This document shows positions 51,251 through 61,445 of a DNA stretch of 64,000 bases, piece after piece. The stretch spans positions 188,179 to 252,178 of the forward strand of contig MU004184.1 of the NCBI GenBank assembly GCA_010093605.1, read 5' to 3'. Positions within the stretch are counted from its first letter, which is position 1; each line of letters begins with the position of its first letter. The notes below the pieces were generated by a model. The model saw nothing but the letters and a program-made list of their open reading frames with translations, had not been told where the DNA came from and did no database searches. The DNA comes from Lophium mytilinum. Taxonomy: Eukaryota. Position numbers and translations under genes: made by a program.

Positions 51251-52589
51251 ATTCATCTGAGGCTTTGAAGCAGGCTCAGGGCGTCCAGAGCGCTGCTCCC
51301 TAGCCTCCATGGGGATCCCAAGTCCAGTCCCATTGCCTGCGACCTGCATCTACGGCGGCCCATACAGACCAAGTCGGCAGTTTCCTACGGCCATTTTAGA
51401 CTCCTGCACCGCTCACCGGCTAAGTCACATGACTTTCGGCCAATGAAAGACACGCGGAGCTCTGAGGTCCGGCCTCCTAGCGCCTTGGCAGGAAATTTCC
51501 GATATAAGCAGAGTCGCCCGCTCCTTCTTCCTTCCTTCTACACTCAACTTCCTTCATTCTCTCTCCTCCCAAGGTTTGGGTTCCTTCTCCTCCTTGGATA
51601 TTATTCTCCTCTCTCACCTGGGTCTGGGTATGGAGCGCATGCGAGACCGCCCAGGCCCAGGGCCTTTCAGCCTTCGGACTTCAGGTACGTCCTTTCCTTT
51701 GTCATTGCGTTGATTTCGGCACGGCACGGCGACGGTGATGGCGACTCTGTTCTCGATGGCTTCTGCTCATGCCGCCTGAAAGTTCAGCATCAGGTATGTT
51801 GTTGTTTTTCTTCTCCTGGGACGCAGCAGAGTTGGACTTGAGCTTGCTCTTGACCTGGATACTCTGGTTTCCTGCGATCAGTCGGGAGGGTTGGGCCCGG
51901 CTGCACTTTTTTTCATTGATGCATTCGCCTTGTGCGGGTCTTCGAAGAAGAAGTTCTTTTATATCATCTTGATCTATCTTCATTTTGACTTGGTGTTTTG
52001 GCTTCCTTGCCTCTTGTGATCTATCTTGACTTCGCCTTGGTGTTGTGAGACCTCCCGTTGTGTAGCCCACCGTGACCTGCGGCTTGGTGTTGCAAGCCCT
52101 CTGCCCCTCATGACGCCGCACCGCGCTCGCGTCACGCGTCGCGTGCCCTTGTTGTTGCAAAGACAGCCCGCTACCCCACCACTATGCATGCTTGAGGCCA
52201 CGCAGCCACACCATTTTACTATCACCGCATCTCAACGTGGTGTTGACGTTTCGCAGCAAACTTAACGCCTGCCTGCACCCTCATTTGACGCGACGCCGCC
52301 ACATCGTCACATGCACTGCAGCACGCAATGATTCAAGCATGATCCTGCCGCACTTCCTTTTGGCTATCTCTTGGAAACGTTCATCACCATGGCAATATGT
52401 TGGTGTTGAGTTCGCCGTGCCGCTGAAGGCGCGTCTCAAAGCGAACGGCGAGGCACGTCGGAAGAGCACAGTCGGAGACACCCTGCCGCTTTTGAAGATC
52501 TGCTAGACATACTTGCATCACTGCATTTGCATTGTCCCTTACGGTGTTGCATTGTGTCGCGCTCCGAGTAGTTGACGCTGGCGCAGCCT

Positions 52590-53170
52590 AGATGCAACTG
52601 CCAGAGACCATGACTTGGTGTATTTGATATTCTTTCATATCCCAAATGAGCAGGATTGACGTTAGCAAAATGTATTTCCACTTTGGAGTCGTTTAGAAGA
52701 TTTTGGATTGATGACTTCTGTGGTTTTGCCCCACGGGGCCATTTCCAGCCGCAAGACGCATCTGCCAGTGAGCATCGACACATGTAGAGGGCAGCACCAC
52801 GGCATGAAAAATGCTCTTTCTCATACTTTTAAGCTTCTGATCACGCCGTGTGATAATTATAGGGCTTCAAAATCAGAGAGAATATGCCTGTCGCGCGTCA
52901 TCGAGATGTCGACGCGGCGAAAGAGTGTCTGCCAGTGAGTAGCGACAGCCGCAAATCTCCACACCAGACATCCAATCGTTACTCTTCTAAGGCAACTTGA
53001 TACCTCTTCCCACCGTGTTATGCTACTTTAGCTTCAAAGCCAGCGAGACTAGCTTTTGCGTCTCTTGGAGGGGGTATCTGGCTCCACCGAGGCGCCTCTG
53101 CCAGTGGACAGCGACACCAGCAAGACGCATCACCACAGCCGCAAAGACAGGCAACCTTCTTCCCATGAGA
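52590..53170. repeat. Diverged ~167-bp tandem array (3-4 units)
   Basis: CTGCCAG at 52598, 52762, 52929 and 53098. GCTTCAAA at 52864 and 53030. Confidence 0.7.
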
Positions 53171-53671
53171 GGTATCTCTTATGAGTATATCTCTGTCTAG
53201 CCTAAAGACCTCCTTCGAATATGGCGGTGGCTCTACGTGGACCATTATGCAACCTGCTGCCAAGACAAGATATCCGCCACAAACATGAAGGTCGAAACAT
53301 CGCCGGAACCTACCAAGACACCTGCCAGAACACCATCAACCAGTGCCAGAACACCATAAACCCGACAACACTCAAAGATCATCACCGCCCTTCAAGATCA
53401 AAACGATTGCCGCTCTTCCCGCCCCTCCAAACGTCAACGCCTCCAGCTCCACGAAGAGCGAAACCTCCTCCACGAAGAGCGAAACTTCGACGACCTCCGT
53501 TCCCCTGGTGATGACGCTGGAACACGCCACCTGCGCGTCTCCGTTCCTTTCCTCCTTGCAGAACACACAGCTACTCTCTCACCTCAGCGCCACCTAGTCG
53601 ACGATGAATCGAGAGCCGGACTATGTTCGCATTGACTTCGAACCCCAACATTGCGTCAATGCGTAACCTGG

Positions 53672-53833
53672 CAGCACGTCAACATCGTCTCCATGTACGA
53701 CGTCACCCACACCAAAAATAGGCTGATGGTCGTCTTCGAGTACATGGACAAGGATCTGAAGAAGTATATGGACTCCAGAGGCGACCGTTGCCAACTGGAC
53801 CCAGCCACGATCAAGGCCTTCATGTTACAGCTC
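53672..53833 (+). pseudogene. PHO85: PHO85 CDK fragment (subdomains IV-VIa)
   Basis: Reads [54 protein letters not shown]. Confidence 0.9.
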
Positions 53834-54063
53834 TCGGTAAACCGGGCATGAATCAGGCGGCACTTCATCCTATGCGCAATGGGTCTTGAGCCCTACCAAT
53901 GATGGTGGACAACAAAGAGACTCTGCTCGCGATTTCGATCCTGGCAGCGATGGCCAGTTCCCCGCTATGCTACGTCCCTGGACATGGCCCCTTCGACAAT
54001 TTCGCGAATGCCAATGTTGTTATCTTCCGTCATGATCATCCCATCCACCACGAGTGTGGCCCC

Positions 54064-54180
54064 GGTGACTGTGACAAGTCTGGCTCCGGTCACTGTGAGA
54101 AGTCTGGCTTCAATGGCTACGACAAATCTGTTTCCCGCGGCTACGACACTTCCAGTCTGAGCGGGTACGGAAAGTCGCCT
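54064..54180 (+). repeat. 24-bp minisatellite (about 5 units)
   Basis: GGTGACTGTGACAAGTCTGGCTCC and decaying variants, translating as GxCDKS/GYDKS. Confidence 0.7.
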
Positions 54181-54253
54181 CTCTGGACTACCTCGGCCCT
54201 TGTCCTTGTACCTGTTCTGTCTCAGTTTCGCCGGGCACCAGACTAGCATTTGT

Positions 54254-54346
54254 GGCTTCGACGCAGGAGTCGCATCCAACCCCTCCAACGACTTCACGGG
54301 ATTCGCAACCTATGGCGGCGAGGAGAGCGAGTTTTCTACGTTGCGG
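54254..54346 (+). pseudogene. GBP2: GBP2/HRB1-like RRM2-RRM3 linker fragment
   Basis: Reads GFDAGVASNPSNDFTGFATYGGEESE, paralogous to 39319-39384. Confidence 0.75.
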
Positions 54347-54499
54347 CCTGCAGAGGCTGCTTCTCGAGCCTCAAGTATACGGGAAAGAGTCATTGAAGCT
54401 CAGCTGCGACTGTCTTCAGCAGCTCAGCTGGTTGAAAGAGTTGGTTGGAGTGAGACGAGCTTCCACATTGGAACGCTAGACACAAAAAAGTAGACCAAT

Positions 54500-56040
54500 A
54501 CAAAGTAAGCCACCTCATAATCGTCCTCAACTCCTTCACCTTCGACACCGCCATCCAAACCCCGCCGACTGCCTCATAGTCGAGCGCTCAAAGGCGGTGC
54601 CAAGATTGAAACCTGTCCCTGATATGGCAAGAGAGTTTTCTGCTCACGTATCATCTCTTGACCTATCTGTGGATGTGACGCGCGGGCAAGTTCCTCGACT
54701 CCAAATACCACCATGGAGAGTCGAGCGACAGCTGGCAGCTGGGTTAAGACCGTTCATGGACGCCCGGCTCAGACATCTTCTTCGGCAACACCGTCTTTCT
54801 TACACAGATACAGAAGCATAGCTAACCACGTAAGCAGATCCCGAGTCCAAAGCTCTACCGGTATCCCAGAAGAGTACACCCCCACAACCTCCTCCATCCT
54901 TCCAAGACCTCCCATCCCAAGCACACCGAAACATGGCACCGCCATCCGAACCACGCCGACTTCCTCATAGCTGGGCTCTGGAAAGCGGCGCCAAGATTGA
55001 TACCCATTCTGCGATATGGTGCAGACGACTCGACTCACCTATCCGGGCGAACTGACGCCGTAGGCAAGTTCCTCAACTCCTAATGCTACTATGGAGCTTC
55101 GGGAGGGCGACTCGAGGTCAAAGTATCCACCCAAGAATCGTCTATGGACGCCCAGCTCAGACATCTTTTATCACCCCACCACGTCTTGCCTGCGTTACGG
55201 TAGCATGGCTAACAAGTAAGCAGACTTGGGGACAAATCTATAGCCCAGCTCGGACTTGAGTACTATACCAGTCACACAACAAAGTACGTCCACCCATTCT
55301 CCTCCTCCATCCCTCGACCGCGCCCACCCAACCACCCAATACCCCGGCACCGCCGTCTCTCCGTACCAGCTTTCTCATAGCCGAGCGCCAGACGGCGGCG
55401 CCAAGATCGAAACCCATTCCGCGATATGGCAGAGATGGTCACTCTAAAGTATCCGGGCGAGCTGAAGCACGGGCACGTTCCCCGACTCCTAATGCCACTA
55501 TGGAGAATCGGGAGGACGATGGCAAAAACAACACGGCCAACGGGGTATCGTCCATGGACGCCCGGCTCAGACATCTTTTCTCGCACAGCACATTCGTTGT
55601 GCATGTTGGAGTAGCATAGCTAACTTATAAGCAGGTTCAGACACCAACCGGTGGTCTAGCTCAGTTTCCCAACAAAGGTACGTCCACCTGGTCTTTCCCC
55701 CAGCCCTCCAACCCCATCCCACCGACATCCCCCCCAATACCCCGGCACCGCCGTCCCTCCGTGCCGGCTCCCCCATAGCCGCACACCCAACCGCGGTGCC
55801 CATATCAAAACACACGACATGCGTCGTAGTTCCGGGCCGCCGCCCTCAGGAGCAGGGCCGGTTACGTGGAGCGGGAGGCTGACGCAGGAATGCCTCAGGC
55901 CTTGGACACACGCAAAAGTCGTTGACGCCAGAGCATGTGCCCCCTCCCTGTGTTCCAACCCGTGGGATTGGGGAGGACCGATGGCCGCTAAGGTCCATGG
56001 ACGCCTGGCTCAGACATCAATTAGGATTGCGACATCTGCC
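54500..56040. repeat. Diverged ~390-410-bp tandem repeat (about 4 units)
   Basis: GCCAAGAT-type anchors at 54599, 54990, 55400 and 55798. ATGGACGCCNRGCTCAGACATC occurs four times. Three units carry GCTAAC..AAGCAG (branch/acceptor-like). Confidence 0.9.
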
Positions 56041-56239
56041 TTCCTAGGTCACTATACTAACTTTTTGATTTTGTAGCAGCACGTGGAACTCCGCTCTCGG
56101 GGGTATTGGGCAACATATCAGGAAAGGCTTCAGGAGGAAAAGGGGTGAAGCTGGCACATAAACGCGGGTCGGAGGCTCACTACTTTTTTGTCTACCACAG
56201 CTTCTCATGGATACAATGCAGATTATATTATTCTACTCT

Positions 56240-57130
56240 CGACCATCGTTTGACTACTCTTGGACGTGCTGGCTCATGCTCTCCTTACAGTGATGTCGCG
56301 CGAGCAAAACAGAAGCTCAAGTATGACCGTTCATCGCTACTGGCGTTCAACCACTCTGACCGCCATGAAGGAGTTCAGGAAGCGGGAATGAGACTACCTC
56401 TTGACCGCATCACAGACTGGTAGCTAGGGCGCTCTTTACAGTGATGTCAGGCGCGCAAGAGGGAGGTATAAGGATGCCAAGTCATCGGTACCGGGTTTCC
56501 TGGCCTCTACGGAGGATCGAATTCTCGACGCATTGGACATTAGACTGTCTCTTGACCGAATAGTTTTCTTCCAGCTAGGGACCTCCTTGCAGTGGTATCG
56601 ATCGAACAAAGAGAGAGCTTAAATATCTCGATTCATCCGTACTAGGTTCCAAAGTCCCTTATCCAGATTGAAACGCGGGTGCATTGGGAATTAGATTATC
56701 TCTTGAGCGAACTGCTACTGGTATGTCGAAGGACTCCTTGCAGTGGTGTCTGAATAGCAAGAGAGAAGCACGGGAACACCAATTCATTTCTGAATGGTTT
56801 CACCGGCATTGAGTAGGATGGAAAGTTTGCTGCGCTGGACATTGGACTTGCCCTTGACCGGATGGCTACCTTCTAGGTAGGGCCCTCCACACAGTGGTAT
56901 GAGTCGGTCAGAACTGGAGCTTGAAGAGATTCATTCACCGCAAATAGGATGTGCAGACACTAAATCGGATGACAGGGTGAATGCATGAGGTATCAGACTA
57001 CCTTTTGACCAGCTCGTAACCCTCTGCTTAGGCTACTCCCAACAGTGATGTTGAACGAGCAAGAGCAATGCCCGAACATGGAGATATTCATGCTCCCATG
57101 ACGGCAACTCCACAGAATAGATATATAGCT
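56240..57130. repeat. Diverged tandem array with exact 151-bp period (6 units)
   Basis: CAGTG core at 56288, 56439, 56590, 56741, 56892 and 57043. A conserved GACT..CYCTTGACC block lies about 45 bp upstream in most units. Confidence 0.92.
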
Positions 57131-57311
57131 ATCTTCTAAATAGGTAATGATGTGCTTCGTGAGGTTCTCTTCACATTGACGTAGAGCAAGAATGGGTGTC
57201 ATTGAAGAATAGCATACATGTGGACCCAAGCTAAGGACCCACTAAGACATATTCACAAACCCGAAGCATCTCTATCACCAACTTGAACAACTATACCAGC
57301 GCGAAAAGTTA

Positions 57312-57509
<198 letters not shown>

Positions 57510-59419
57510 TCAGTTGGCGTCCGACATTCTCCTCCAGGACTTGGTCACAAGCCAGATCTTCCCGAAGCGCTGGAGCCTCACCAACCGCAAGACAACCTCC
57601 CGCTCTTCTGGTTCCTGGGCGGTGGCGGCCGCGCGAAGAGCGGCGGTCAACGGGACGACTATAAAGCATTAGTTGTTTTGTTCGAAGCCGCTCAGCAGGA
57701 ACGAGGGGAACTCACCCAGCACACGGATCACGCCGAGGGCCAGGCGACCACGGGCGCGGACGGCAGCACGGGTGTCTAGGAGAAGAGACGTCAGTAAGTA
57801 TGACATTTGATGCACTCAGGACAAGAAGGCGTACTCCACGTCGTCGGCATCAGGCCGACGGTCTCTAGCAAGACTCCGAGGCCGAAGCCCAATCCCAAGA
57901 AGGCAGCAGTTCTGATCGCGGCGCGGTCTAATACAGAGTTAGCTATCAAACCGGTTGAGTGACAGGGCCTAGATCAGCCTTACGGTTGGAGAGAACGGCA
58001 CCCATGTTGGCGGCGTTTGGAGCGCCTTGAAGAGAGATGATGTTGGTGGAAGAGGAGGCTGTTGGCGCTCGATTTGCGGGATGAGGCAGAGAAGACAGCG
58101 GACGCGTGCGAGTTTGTGATGGTTTTGAAGGCTGTGCGACGGTGGTTGTAAAGTGGAAAGATCTTAGGCTGTGTGAGCAGTGGTGAGAGAGAGGATTGAC
58201 GCTAGCCTGATGGGGCGTAGTACATGGAAATAATTGAGTGAGCATCCCACCCGAAGGTAAAACTATGTCTTCCTCAACTACATCCTACAGTATGACGTCG
58301 ACACCAAGTTGGAGTCTGAGCTACCTTGCAACGACCATCATGCCACAGAGCTACGACACCAACAGCGACAGCAATTCTTCCCTCCGACGGAAGATCCTCT
58401 CTTCCACCAGCGAAGCCCTTGCCTGCCTCTCTCTCACGCAGCCTCTACCCAACCCGCAATCACACCGTCCTCCCCTCAAAGTATGAAACGATCAATGTCT
58501 GGGATCATCGAACTATTCCTGGCGTCAAGTAGCTTACCGGGCACCAGGGACCCGCCAACGCAGTTCAACCCCGTGGGGACATCCTCGTATCTGCATCAGG
58601 TGACGATACCGCGAAAATGTGGAATCAGATGCCCGCGTAAACCGACTTCCTCAGTTTTCAGGGAAGCAGACCTTTCGTGACCGAGATCTTCTATCCCATC
58701 ATGCCTCGACGACGGCAGATGAGATGACGACTAAGAAAAAGATGTCCTTCAAGGGTCCGAAACGGCACGACAGAGGTGGTACAGTTGCTGTCGATACAGG
58801 AGGATCAAGAGCGTGCATGGCCGCGACTGGGCCCTCTACTTCAGAGCCGACAAGGAAGCTCCCAAGCTTCCTCAGAGGTAGCTTCGGACCTAGGACGGCC
58901 GAAGTACTACCCACCAACACTTCCCTGAAAGCATCAAGGCTTCTCGCATGCTCGACTACCTCAAAGGTGGCTTCAGACGCGGTGCGGCCGACTCGGTAGG
59001 TGTACTGCCTGCTAACACTCTTCTGTTTCTGAACGGCACACGATACCCTGAAGGTCTGGTCTAATCTTTTCTCAGCCGAGTTGATCTGAATTTCCGCGAT
59101 ATCTCTACGACTGTTGAATTCTTCGATGCAGGCTAGCACCCCCGTAGCGCCCGACAAAGCACCTCCGCCGAGTTCTTTGACACTAGAGAGATTACCTTTT
59201 GGTTGGGCGAGAACCTGCCCCCGTGGCCGCTCGTCAAAGTGGTGTCAAGAAAGCGGTAGTACGGCGTATATCGCGAGGCCTTGGCATACAAAAAAAACCG
59301 ATCTGGCACGCTGATAGATCAGCGGGTATAGCAAGAGGGAGGAAGAAGATGGGTTCAAGACACCCGGACATAATGCGTTTCGAGGTTGTATTCCCTCTGC
59401 GCAAGGCCGAGTGCGTCCA

Positions 59420-59555
59420 CCGCGCCCACCTCTGCGGCCCCGCCAGCAATGATGGCGTACGAGCAGAATGGTATGACGTACTACTACGATCCGTCGCAGA
59501 TGCACCAAAAACCAGCAGAAGGGTACGCGCCGGCGAGCTACACAGTACCGAGTTC
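59420..59555 (+). pseudogene. Probable fragment of a fungal CASC3/Barentsz (Btz) protein C-terminal region
   Basis: APPAMMAYEQNGMTYYYDPSQM..YAPASYTVP resembles the (A)xExNGMVYYYDxSQ motif I recall from fungal Btz-domain proteins. Not verified by search. Confidence 0.5.
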
Positions 59556-60779
59556 GAGGCCTGTTAGGGGAAGCTCGAGGGTAAGGAGGCAAATCTGGCG
59601 GAGCTTGGCTTGTTCCGGAGCACGGCATGGAATTCTGAGGAGCTTGAACTGGGTAGGACAATGTACAATTGACTGCTCTATGGAAAATACACGCCAGAGG
59701 GCAAGCTGGTCGCAGTAGCATACATCAAAACGCAATGTGGGAATTGCTAGCATTCACCGCGTCATGCGCTGTTTCACGGTTCCGCGTGGAGGTAGTGAAG
59801 ATACACAAAGTGAAGTTATAGGTCTGTGCATTCATTTTCTTTTCATATATTGAGACAAGGTCGACTTCTCTATTTCCTTTCGTTGTCCGAAAGCAGCAGC
59901 GTTTATAAGACGTACTATTCATCATCACAAATTCACATCCATCAAATCAGCAACCACCACCATGACCTCTGCTACCGCCATTCACGATCCATGCGCCCCG
60001 ACGCCCAATCATCCCGAACACCCAGCGAAAAAAGCTTTCTGGAAGCGGATTTTAGAGGCGGAGACCTGGTTGACAAAAAGAGCGGCGAGAAGGCGGCGAG
60101 GAGAGCAAGGAAAGATCACCCTCGATGAAATGAAGGCTAGATTCTCCGAAACTTGATGGTATGTTTAGAGACCTGTAGTGACCTTAACAGATTCTAACTT
60201 TAGCAGAGATCGAGAAAACTGCTTGAGATTTGGTAGTTCGAACAGTTATCAGGCTATGCGAGAATGGGAATAATTCCTTGCGCGGAAGAGGTCACATAGA
60301 GTTTGCTTATTTGAAGGTCCTCAATGAATACTAACATTCTCACACTACATGGTCTTAAGTCATAATCTACTCTTTGATGCGTTGCATCGTACCTGATATG
60401 AATTCCCTTGATCTCACCCCTCTCGCCCTACCCCTCATATCAGTCACAACACAAGAGTCTTGATGAGTGTACACAAGCATTTTAGATCTCGGGCTAAGAC
60501 ACTGCTCCTCTAATACCAGTGCGAGATGCGGCTTGACTAATAGGTCCCCGGTCGATCAAACGGTAACTTCATTTTCACTACACCGACTTCTACACCGTGG
60601 AATCATCACGTGCACAGTTAACAGCACTGTGAAGAGAAGCCCAGCTAGTGGTTTTGTAGTAAGTAAAACGGTAGTGTAATTCTTGCTGTGCAGGGCTTGG
60701 TAATGTATTCTCTGTGTTCATCCTAGCATATGCCGCACTCCTCCCATCCTCCATTCCAGAATATGTGCAGAATGACTAG

Positions 60780-61010
60780 TGGTTCGGCCTCGCGGTCCTG
60801 ATTATTCGATTAGTATTGGTGCGCTGGATTACATGTAGGGGGGAAGATTCGTACCTCGCGGACGTAGACCAGTCTGCCCATCAGGTTCTGGTTGGAGAGA
60901 GTGTTGACGGCCTGTTCGGCTTGTTCCCTAGTCGCGTACTCGGCAATTCTGCCGTGCATGTTAGCTGTGTGGACTAGTGAGGAGGAAAGACGGAGAACTT
61001 ACCCGAATCC
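60780..61010 (-). pseudogene. GBP2: GBP2/HRB1-like RRM1 second half with two retained introns
   Basis: GFG, intron 61002-60949, [31 protein letters not shown], intron 60854-60798, DREAEP. Confidence 0.92.
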
Positions 61011-61253
61011 CAATGCACCACGGATTACGTCCATTCCGCAACTTCAAGATCTCTAGCATCTGAGCCCACGGCGTGGAGGCTCGCAGTGGTTCTGACATAG
61101 CCGAGGTTCCATGCTCCTCCCTCACTGCGCTTCCTCGCGCTGCAATTCTTCCTCAGCATCCAGATGTGTTCCCCTCGGCCCTTCGAGCTTTTATATCAGA
61201 AAGAAAGCGTGGGAAGGAACAGGGGATGGCGGGCAAAGCTCAGCGGAGACGGG

Positions 61254-61331
61254 CTTGGTCGGGAGTGCGGGTCCACACGCCTTGGTCGGGAGTGCAGGGT
61301 CCACACGCCTTGGTCGGGAGTGCGGGTCCAG
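61254..61331. repeat. 27-bp minisatellite (3 units)
   Basis: CTTGGTCGGGAGTGCGGGTCCACACGC, about three copies. Confidence 0.9.
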
Positions 61332-61340
61332 CCGTGGTGG

Positions 61341-61445
61341 TCGGCAGTGCGAGAGTTGGAAGATCTCAAACGCGTCCAGAAAGAGAATTTCAAACACCAT
61401 CTCGGTGAGGATCTGGATGCCCATGACCTGCTTGGTAGCAGGACT
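61341..61445 (+). pseudogene. Possible highly decayed PHO85 pieces
   Basis: SAVRELEDLKRVQKENF resembles TAIREISLMKELKHENI. NTIS..AHDLLGSRT resembles NTFSNEV..APDVLLGSRT. Confidence 0.4.

Noticed and set aside
56240..57130. CRISPR array interpretation
   Set aside because: Eukaryotic context and no cas genes. Repeats are degenerate and the 'spacers' are weakly homologous to each other.
58975..59005. YTYRVGRTA resembling DEAD-box motif VI
   Set aside because: No supporting flanking helicase sequence.
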